64,000 bases of DNA from positions 143,406,001 to 143,470,000 of the forward strand of contig OZ024743.1 of assembly GCA_964016885.1 (NCBI GenBank), read 5' to 3'. The stretch comes from Eledone cirrhosa (Eukaryota). A program made the position numbers and the translations under genes. Positions 49,141 to 58,526 of the stretch are shown here, piece by piece. A model generated the notes under the pieces. It saw nothing but the letters and a program-made list of their open reading frames with translations, made no database searches and was not told where the DNA came from. The stretch's first letter is position 1. Each line of letters opens with the position of its first letter.

Positions 49141-49489
49141 ATGTTGATGAAATTTAAATTTTTTTATTTTTTTTACACAATTCATAGTAGAAATGACATG
49201 ATGTTTCTATAGAAAATCTATAATATTTTCCTGATTGATATTATTCATTATCAATGTGAAATTGGAAGGTATGATAAAAAAGTTTATGTTTAACCTAAAA
49301 CAAACACTTGGGAATACAACCTTCATGTGGAATGCTTTATGACTAGAAAAAAAACTCTTAGACAAAATGGTTCCAAATTATTAGAAACATATAGGCAGTG
49401 ATTGTCATTAAAATTATGGTAACAAAAGGGTTAAATCTCCCTTTGTTGATATAACACTGTTTTCTTTTTGTTTGTTTGTTTTTCCTTAG

Positions 49490-49651
49490 GAATATGAGGC
49501 CCATGTTGCCCAACAGAAAATTGAAGAACACAGAGTGATGCAAGAAGAGAAGAGAAAGTCAATGGCAGAAGAAACCCGACAATATCAACAGAGAGCACAA
49601 TATCAGGATCAACTAGCTCGAAAACGTTATGATGAACAACTAGCTCAGCAG
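49490..49651 (+). CDS. ATAD3: ATAD3 coding exon 3
   Basis: ccttag|[10 protein letters not shown]...[28 protein letters not shown]|gtaaag; 162 bp. Confidence 0.95.
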
Positions 49652-49679
49652 GTAAAGTGCTCACAACTTACTCCTTTAA

Positions 49680-49914
49680 CCTTTTATTACCAAACTACCT
49701 GAATCCACCCCTGGTTCTATGATACAAAGCTGTTTATTCTAAAGTGTTTATAGATATCTAAAAACCTTCCAATCATAATTTTTAGGTTCTAAGCACCATT
49801 TTAATAATGAAAAAGTTAATTACATTACTAAATATCTCTTCATTCTTCATTATTTTCAAAATTAATTAAATATCATAATCAGTGTCTTTCATTAGAAATA
49901 TGGTAATGAAAGGG
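49680..49914. mobile_element. piggyBac-type MITE (TTAA)
   Basis: TTAA|CCTTTTATTACC ... GGTAATGAAAGGG|TTAA; a related end (GGTAACAAAAGGG|TTAA) lies at 49418-49434. Confidence 0.7.
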
Positions 49915-50163
49915 TTAATATTCTTTTTTTCTTTTGGTTTCTGTCATTAGACTACAACTATGCTGTGGCACCATCTTGAAGGAATTTAGTTAATCATATC
50001 ATTCCAAGTAGTTATTTTTTCAAGTCTGGTATTTATTTTATTGTTGCTTTGTTCCTATTTGAGAAAGTTACTTTTGGTATCCTTTTAGAAATAAGTATTT
50101 TGGAGGAAGTTAATAGATGATATAGATGTATGTGTTGTGTTGAGAATGTATGTATTTGTGTAT

Positions 50164-50589
50164 TGTATCACAGAAGTCACCATTGAAGCAGTTAAAAGCA
50201 ATGTTGTGGAAAATAGCATCATACGACTTTATAATGTTTATAACATATAATTTATTTACAAACCGATTACAATGGTTTAGATGGCATGCCACAAGAATTG
50301 AATAAACAAATTAAGATATTTAAGGAGGTACAGTCAACTGGCTGAGGCGTTAGCCAGACCCGTAGTGATATTTGTTGCTACATATTGTCTATGCTTGAGG
50401 AACAGAATCAAGAGATGTTTATCTTAACGTTGTCGAGCTGTAAGGGAAAGTTTATTGAAAAGAAGCAGGAATGTTTCCCTCTGAGTGGAAGTCGAGATAC
50501 ATTTTCCTACGCTGGTAGCGATTGACTGAACTGAGCCAAACAACGTACGGAGAATGTATCCATGGGCCCTCGGAATGTAGGTCGCTACA
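50164..50589 (-). mobile_element. Solo-LTR-like element
   Basis: TG...CA ends; minus strand starts TGTAGCGACCTACATTCCG, like 39076. Confidence 0.55.
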
Positions 50590-52274
50590 TCCTGTTTAGA
50601 ATAGGAACACTGTATCCTTCCTTGCCTGTCAAATGAAGTGACTAAATGGGTTTGCACCAGAAAGGGCATCCAGCCATAAAATATTTCATAGTCTGAAAAA
50701 GGGTCCTATGGTGCGTATGAACTCTGTCATTGCCCTTGCAGGGAAAATGGTCTTAAAACACTTGTTGGATGCATTTTATTGTGAACCTACACTAGAGAGG
50801 TTGCTATGACCTCAGCAGGACAAGGGTAGATGAGAATATGATGGAAAATGCACTGTAAAGAGAGCAATAGTAGCTACATATTTGTTGCTGAGATAGGGAA
50901 GGCAAGAACAATTGTTGGGTAATGGATGTTGTAAGAAGTAGCTTTGAGGGAGTGATGGCTGACTATGGGGGTGGATATATACAGAATTAAATGTATCCCT
51001 TAAGGAATGTGGGAGGGTAGGTGAGCTTCAGAGGACGGGAGTCTGGTAGATCTCAAGCTACTTCTAGTTTTGTGGGCAGGGTGGTACAGAGAAAGTGAGA
51101 TATAGTGGCTAGGATAGTTGAGAGGGTAATAGTGTGTGGCAGAGCAGCAGATTGAGAGAATGGGATTTTACAGGTATATATACAGTACAACGTATGCAAG
51201 GGTGGATGGGATTTTTCTATACCATAAGCTACCAATCATCACTGTTCTTTGTCACTTCTGTCATAAGATTCAGTTTCTTGAGGTCAGTTTTCACCACTTT
51301 ATTCCTAAGTCTACCTCATCCACGTGCTCCATCAGCTTCAAGAGCTTGACACATCTTTATACAACTAACATCTTCCATACGCATCACATGTCCAAACCAA
51401 CATAGCCTTTTCTCTTATATGTTACAACTGATTCCTCTTATATGAATTTTTTCTCTCAACTCATTAATGCACCTTAGTTTCATGCATATCTCTGATTACT
51501 CATTTTCACACCATTCCCAACATCCAGCTGAACATTCTCTCCATTACACTACCACATGATGAGATTTCATACTCATCATGGATTATTTTTTTAAAGTGAT
51601 TCTATTGTGGTAACAGCACAAGGGAGGTTGTCATGTCTATGACGTAACTGAAGAGTCTTCCTGAACCTTTGTTTGGCAAGATTTCTATGCCTGAATGTTT
51701 ATACTATCACTAACCACTTTACAGAATGTACTGGGTGCATTTTTTGTGTAGATGACCAACACTAGAGAGGTTGTTGTGTCCTTGACATAACCTTTTTGGC
51801 ATGGTTTCTACTGTTGGATGCCTTTCCTATCACCAATCACCTTAAAAAGTGTATTTGGTGAATTTATCGTGGCACCAGCACTAGAGAGGTTGTCGGTCAT
51901 TGACACAACTAAAGAGCCCTCACTACTCAATAGGGCAGGGTAAGAAGGATAAGTATGATGGCAGGTAGGGGAGGTGAGAAAGTATATCGAGGGTGTATGA
52001 CAAGTGTGGTGGGATTTGACAGGGCGGTAACTGGAAGGGGATGGTATAAACTCTAATAGCAGTGGGGGGAGTGTAGTGTGATGATGGAAGTGACTATTAC
52101 AGAGTTATGACTGATGTGTTAGGATTTAAGGGGAGTGAAAGTGATCCTGGGTAGAGTGGGGTAGGGAAGAGTATTTAGAGATGGTAAGATACCGACTAAG
52201 GAGCGATTGTGGAGGCACGGACAAGACTGGGTAGGTCACTTCTTTTAAGCTGGTAGGTGTGTATATATATATAT

Positions 52275-52680
52275 ATATATATATGCAGAGGTTATATTTA
52301 ATTTGTTGGGATTCAACAAGCTTAAAAATTTTTATAACTGATATAAAGCACTCGACAGATTAGTGGAGTAAATACACAATATATTAATAAATGGAAACTA
52401 TATTTATAAAACCATATTTATTTTATTATACATATTTCAAGGGCAACCAAGGCAAATTATGGTGCGCTTTCATCAGATAAAATACAGATTTGTTTTATAA
52501 ATAAATATTGACATACCCGGAAAAAAGACAACCTTAACGGTTGGAGCTTCCTGGATAGTGGAGATAATACTTTATTGAGGGTAATACAAAGTTATGAGTG
52601 AGTATGCAAATGAGTGTCTGAAAGGTTGAAAAGATAACGGTTTATTTAAATTAAACTGTTGGAAGAAGAGGATATGATTG
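52275..52680 (-). mobile_element. Penelope-like/retrozyme non-coding remnant between (TA)n and (TG)n
   Basis: Contains a hammerhead; shares AGCACTCGAC...GGAGTAA with 17927-17971; boundaries approximate. Confidence 0.55.
52419..52484 (-). ncRNA. Type I hammerhead ribozyme (antisense in ATAD3 intron 3)
   Basis: UAUUUUAU-CUGAUGA-AAGCGCACCA...UGGUUGCCCUU-GAAA-UAUGUA-UA-AUAAAAUA; perfect 8-bp stem I. Confidence 0.78.
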
Positions 52681-52832
52681 TGTGTGTGTGTGTGCATGCG
52701 TGCGCGCACACACACAGTGGCCCTTGGCATTCGCGGAATTTTCCTTAGAATCTAACTAATAATTGTTTGTGGAAACCACCGCAGAATCGTAAATATCTTC
52801 CGCGATTTTTTTAATGGCATTTTTCATGGCAA

Positions 52833-53270
52833 TATCATCATCGTTTTATGTCTCTTCTTCCACGTTAACATGGGTTAGACGGGTTGTCCTGTTGTGGGCA
52901 GTGTCCGGTAGGCTGACCTTGTCTTGCTCATACGGGAACTGATTTTGGCTTGATTTCTACAGCTGGATGCCCTTCCTAACACCAACCTCATTTACAGTGA
53001 GTGCTGAGTGCTTTTTTTCCGTGGCACCTAAACGTCCACTTTACAGTGTGGGCTGGGTGCTTTTTTGCTGTGGCACCTCCATGACCACTTTGCAGTGGAA
53101 TGATAGGGACCCCAGTCCTATCATCTCATTTCTACAGCTGAGTAAACTGGAGCAATGTGAAATAAAGTGTCTTGCTCAAGGAAACAACACATCACCCAGT
53201 TCGAGAATTGAACTCACAACCTTTCGATTGCAAGCCCAATGCTCTAACCACTAAGCCATGCGCCTTCACC
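52833..53270 (-). mobile_element. RTE 3' UTR copy with (GAT)n tail followed by a CORE-type SINE
   Basis: 52833-53070 nearly matches 58535-58770; 53125-53270 has a tRNA head and CORE-like TCCTTGAGCAAGACACTTTA. Confidence 0.7.
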
Positions 53271-53770
53271 ATATATATTTGTTTAATGCTAAATTAACAA
53301 TATACTGTATTAGCCAGCCTATTGGACGTTCCTTCACATAAGACACTCCTTTTTTTTTATATTTTACGTTATATTTTGACATTTATAGGCATTTTTATGG
53401 ACCACGTCCAATATTCACGGTCTTTCACTCTTCGCGGGTGCTCTGGGAACGTAACCTGGGGCATAATTGTATATATATAACACCAACCACATTATTTATA
53501 ACACTGTAAATGTGGTTGGTGTTATGAAGGGCATCCAGCTGTCAAAATCCCTGGCCAAATTTACAGTCCCATTGGAGCAAAGTACATCATGGCCAATCCT
53601 GGCCAGACTTGTCTCTCAATGTGGACAACCCGTCTGACCCATACAAGCATAGAGAAATGGATGTATGATGATGGTGGTGGTATAAATAAGCACACACACA
53701 CACATACCTACATAAATACATACATACATAAAAGGTTGCATTACAACATTGTTTTCAAATCTTTTCTCAG

Positions 53771-53840
53771 GCAAGAATGAATGAAGAAAACCTTAAAAAA
53801 CAAGAGGAATCCACAGCCAGACAAGAAGCACTTAAGAAAG
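53771..53840 (+). CDS. ATAD3: ATAD3 coding exon 4
   Basis: tctcag|ARMNEENLKKQEESTARQEALKK|gtatct; 70 bp. Confidence 0.93.
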
Positions 53841-53881
53841 GTATCTAATATTGTGTATATGACAATGTATGTGACATTTAA

Positions 53882-54098
53882 CCCTTTTCATTGCCATATT
53901 TCTAATGAAATACATTGTATTTGAATTAATTAATGAAGAATTTGGAGGAGGGTTTCCTAAAATTATTAATTATTTCATTATCAAGATGGTATTAATATTT
54001 ATAACATAACAAAAAATAATTATGTCAAATTATATTTGGCAGTGTTATAGGAACTTTTCAAAATGTGTGGTTTTGTTTTTAGCTTAGTATCAAAAGGG
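53882..54098. mobile_element. piggyBac-type MITE (TTAA)
   Basis: TTAA|CCCTTTT ... AAAAGGG|TTAA; reverse orientation of 49680-49914. Confidence 0.75.
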
Positions 54099-54148
54099 TT
54101 AAGACTATATAACTAATGTGTGTATGTGGTAGTCTATGTGACACTTAA

Positions 54149-54342
54149 CCCTTTAGCATTTAAACCGGCCAGATTCTCTCACCTCTTTCTGTTCAAACCA
54201 GTCGTAACTGGCCACTCATACTGATGTTGAGGTATTGTTCTGAAAATAAATATCAAAATCTCATAGATTCAATATTATGTGAGATAAAGCCTTTACCATG
54301 AAAATACAATAGTAAATATAGAATAATGTTATTGCTAAAGGG
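54149..54342. mobile_element. piggyBac-type MITE, second family
   Basis: TTAA|CCCTTTAGCA ... TGCTAAAGGG|TTAA. Confidence 0.8.
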
Positions 54343-54660
54343 TTAAGAGAGATAATTGATATTTTGTGTCTATCATTGGATGTAACACTTAAGAAAAGTA
54401 ATTAGTATTGTGTTCTGGCACTTAAGGTAATTAATGTTGTATACATAGCACTTAAGTTAATATTGTGTATGTGGCACTTCAGGTAATTAATACTGTTTAA
54501 TTTTGTGTATGTGATGTTTAAGAAAGGTAACTATTATTGGAAGATTTTTAGACAAATATAATAAACACTTTAACCATTTCATTATCATATTTCTAATGAA
54601 AGACCCTGCCTATGGTTTATAAATAATTTTAAAAATAATCAAGAATGTGGAGGTATTTAG

Positions 54661-55277
54661 TAATATAATAATAATGAACTTATTGTGTACAGTGCTCAGA
54701 TGCACTACAACTCATCAAAGGTGCATGTATAGAACATAGAATAATATACAAATGTCAAGGAAGTGAATAGTGTATGAGTCATGATATACATGTGTGCGTG
54801 TGTATGGAGGGGGAATTTTAGGTGTAGTATTGGCGAATCTCAGGAAGCATGGAGGTTTTAAAGGATGCAGTGTCTCGACAGCTAATAACTGATGCAGGGA
54901 ATTTGTTCCATGCTTCAGCAACTCTGGGCGTGAAAAAATGTTTCCGAAAGTCATGGGAGCTGTACTGTTTTCTGACTTTGTTGGCATGCCCATGCGTGTT
55001 AGACACATGGAATCAAAAAGGTACTCAGGGCTGTTGTTGGCAAGATGGTTAATAATTTTGTGGGTGTTTACCAAGTCAGTTGCCAGATGTCGGAGCTTCA
55101 ATGTATCCATGCCCAGGGAAGTAAGGCATTCAGAGTATGGTAGATGCCTGATGGAGGGTATTCGCTTGGTTGCACGTCTCTGAACAGTTTCCAGGCGGTC
55201 AATGTTCTGAGCAAGATAGGGATTCCAGACTGGTAATGCAAATTCTAAGAGTGGCCACACCATAGCTATATACAGCT
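54661..55277 (-). mobile_element. CR1-clade LINE 3' fragment inserted in a TTAA MITE (54574-~55470)
   Basis: LYIAMVWPLLEFALPVWNPY...LETVQRRATKRI...HFFTPRVAEAWN; short AT-rich repeat tail. Confidence 0.82.
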
Positions 55278-55516
55278 TTAAATAGATAGCTGGAGAGCGG
55301 CTGACAAAGGTCTTGCTGTGTGATCTATAACTGTTCTTATTAAATTGGTGTTTGGAGCATAACTTGACAAAGAGTCTTCCATAAAATTATGACAGAAGGA
55401 TTTTTGATAAATATAAACAGCTTTGTAGTATAGAACTAAAGGTGGTTTCAGTTGGTTTGGTATCAAAAGTATTACATTTCAAAATTGCTGATCATTTTAT
55501 AATCTATTTTCTGCAG

Positions 55517-55682
55517 CCACTGTTGAACATGAGGCTGATGTACTTCACAAACACAAAATGATGAGGCTGAGAGCAAAGATTCAAGAGAAAGCTAAAGTAG
55601 ATCGAGAAAACTGGGATCTCATACAGAAAGAGATCAAGTTAAAGGGAGCTGAGCATAGAGAAACTATATTAAAATCTATTGA
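55517..55682 (+). CDS. ATAD3: ATAD3 coding exon 5
   Basis: ctgcag|(A)TVEHEADVLHK...AKVDRENWDLIQKEIKLKGAEHRETILKSI|gtaagt; 166 bp. Confidence 0.93.
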
Positions 55683-56117
55683 GTAAGTTTGTCTGTCTAT
55701 ATACTTTTCACTGTTCTTTCCTGCCAATTTTCTCTCGGCACTTTCATTGCACACTCGTTTTTTCTGTTAAAACTCCTATGACAAATTTTATAATTATCAT
55801 TATTTTACATCCACTTACCATAATTTTTGCTTCAGCTGAGGAAATTTAAAAGGATCCTCATTATAGCAAGAGATGTTATGACACATTGTTGTATCAACAA
55901 CAAACACAGTATACACCATAATAGAGATGCTATATTTTGAAAAGACTTGTGTGTTTAATATCATCATGAAAAAAGAAAACAAAAATCAAAGTTAGGATTA
56001 AATTTTCTATAACTAACTTTCAAAATATAACAGTAAAAAGAAAATATTTAGATGTGATATTAGAAATTATATAAAAGATTACAAGAATAATACAGGAGTA
56101 TACTTAGTTGTACTGCT

Positions 56118-56150
<33 letters not shown>

Positions 56151-56330
56151 TTCGTTTAACATCCATTTTCCACGCTAGCATGGGTTAGTAGATTATTATC
56201 CAGTATAAACATAGCTAAGGCAAAAAAAGTACAACTTTGTGTGAATAAAAAAAAGAAATGGAATATTATAGACTAGCAAAAATTAAGGAAATATGAGATG
56301 ATAATACTAAATTATTGCTAACAAATTATC

Positions 56331-56503
56331 ATTGGCAGTATCGGTAGAGGGTCAGACACCATGCTTTTTAGAATAAAGTTACGCCCCTTTGTGGTCTGAG
56401 TTCAAATCCCGCCGAGGTTAACTTTGCATTTCATCCTTACGGGGTCGATAAAATAAAGTACCAGTAATAATTGCTGGCCTTGTGCCTAAAGTAGAAACAA
56501 TTA
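56331..56503 (+). mobile_element. SINE (same family as 23942 and 25605)
   Basis: ATTGGCAGTATCGGTAGAGGGTC...GAGTTCAAATCCC...GTAGAAACAATT. Confidence 0.85.
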
Positions 56504-56621
56504 TACATTAATATGTTCACTATAAAAAAAAAAATTATGTTACTCAAAAGTATAAATTCTAAGGTCAAGATATTTACTACACTAACTTGGAAGGTAGACA
56601 TATGGTGAAGATGATGAAGGG

Positions 56622-56917
56622 CAGAGGTTCTCAAACTTTCTGGGCCACTGCCCACGTCAGTGCCCCCAACTCTATTTCCAGAGAGACCTGCCTACATGCA
56701 AATTATAAATAATATATAATAAATAAAATCGTTAATGTATAATAAATAATATAATATATGCTATGTATAAATAAATATTATATATTTTTTATTTTACAAT
56801 ATATATATGTATCATTTGATATTTAATATACTATTATATCATCTCTACCACCCCCTTATGCTACAATACCCCTCCCCCCAGGGGAGGGGGTGATAGCACC
56901 CACTTTGAGAACCTCTG
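56622..56917. mobile_element. hAT (Charlie-like) MITE
   Basis: CAGAGGTTCTCAAA ... TTTGAGAACCTCTG followed by ATCTAGAG. Confidence 0.75.
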
Positions 56918-57016
56918 ATCTAGAGTATCTGATAGGAATATAAGTGTACTCTGTCCATCGAAACATTTTTGTAGCTACAAACTAATTTCTCTTTTTCTCC
57001 ATATTTTTCAACTAAG

Positions 57017-57086
57017 AACTGCTGGTGATGTTCTTGGAACTGGTTTCATGGCTTTTATTAAAGACTGGGACAGAGTTTCTGCTACA
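57017..57086 (+). CDS. ATAD3: ATAD3 coding exon 6 (gene continues beyond the window)
   Basis: ctaag|(E)TAGDVLGTGFMAFIKDWDRVSAT|gtaaga; 70 bp. Confidence 0.92.
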
Positions 57087-57699
57087 GTAAGAAATGCCAT
57101 TTTTTTTCTATTCCTTCAAATTTCAAATGTATTTGCCTTTTTCTTTTTTTTTTTTGTACTATTGAGAGAAAAAAAATCTGTTAAATGAAATTTCTTAATG
57201 CATAAACAACATTACCCAGCCATGCTCGGTTTTGTATGAAGTATTGTTAAAACTTCTTACAGCTTATGACCTTGTAAAGAGATGCCCCATGCAACATTTA
57301 GATATCTTGGTGCAGACTGTGGCCTACAACTTGAAGCATGCACAATCACTTTCCAAATTATTTTTATAACATCAACAAACTGTTGATTTTAAAAAAAAAG
57401 GGGGTATATATTCAACTGAGAGTGCAGATAGGGAGGATAGCAGTCATCTAACTAAGAGTTCAACAGTTTCTACCATATCATCAGCACTATGTGTTGACTA
57501 CACAAGTTATGAACAAGTCACTGCTGTTAGGAGTGGTAGTACTGTAAAATTGGCAAGTGTTTTCTTTGATTGCAGTATTGAATACAATTTCTGTAGTGGT
57601 CTTGAAAATGCCAAACCACTCTTGTGTAATCTTCCCTAGAACCATAAAACATTTAGACCACTTCATGGGTGATAACCCAAGCAATTAATGAGGTTTCAC

Positions 57700-58380
57700 A
57701 CTACACATCATCATTATTTTATGTTGTGGTCAAGAGGTGTGATGGAGGGGGCCTAAACTGGACTACTCACAGCCAAGCAACATAGATACAAACTTTACTG
57801 GAAAAGAAATGGCAATGGGGTAGGTTGTGTTGGCATTCCACTTGCTGAGAAATGGATAGATAAGGTGATAGAGGTAGTTAGAGTAAATGACAGCATTGTC
57901 AAGCTTAGAATAGCTGTAGGAAATAGAATGGTGACAATTACATCTACCTATGCACCACAGGCATGACTGAGTAAAGAACAAAGGGGCGGGTTTTACTGAC
58001 GAGAGACCTTATCATCTTCGCAGGCAACTTCAATGGACATGTTGGTCAGTACCAGAATGCATCACTGGAGTTCATGGTGGCTATGGTTATTGCTCAAAAA
58101 ATGAAGAGGGGGTGAGACTCCTGCAATTCTGTGATGCAAATGAACTAACCATTTGCAATACAAATTTCAGGAAACCAACTAGCTACTTGATCGCATGCCA
58201 ATCAGGCAAACATTCAAGCCAGATTGATTTCTTACTTGTAAGATGAGATAGACAGTAATAAATGCTAAGGCATCCCTAGGGAAGAACATGCTGCCCAACA
58301 CAATTTAATTTATAGTGACATCAGAATAAACACAAGACGGAACAAGATATGGAGACAGAAGGTTTGTAAGCTAAAAGACC
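57700..58380 (+). mobile_element. RTE LINE AP-endonuclease fragment, decayed
   Basis: YAPQ, GNFNGHVG, NEEGVRLLQFC, ICNTNFRK and SQIDF motifs, with stops. Confidence 0.8.
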
Positions 58381-58526
58381 TTTCTGTTAAGTATAGAACT
58401 CTTTCTGTCACTTTTATAACTTGGTCCATCAGTTTTACCCCTTTGTAATTGTTCCTTTCTAGAGCATCACTTTTACTCTTGCTATTTAGGATTGTACTGC
58501 TGTGCCAGTCGCTGTGTATGACTGTC

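Larger units (their letters stand above)
53828..54573 (+). repeat. Degenerate ~30-34-bp minisatellite copied from the exon 4/intron 4 junction, interrupted by MITEs
   Basis: Unit GCACTTAAGAAAGGTA.CTAATATTGTGTATGTG recurs at ~54385, 54418, 54448, 54474, 54517. Confidence 0.75.

Noticed and set aside
57440-57490. CTGATGA...GAAAC on the minus strand (also lone CTGANGA hits near 29510, 30055, 46328, 55846)
   Set aside because: No compatible stem I/III or cleavage triplet; not called hammerheads.
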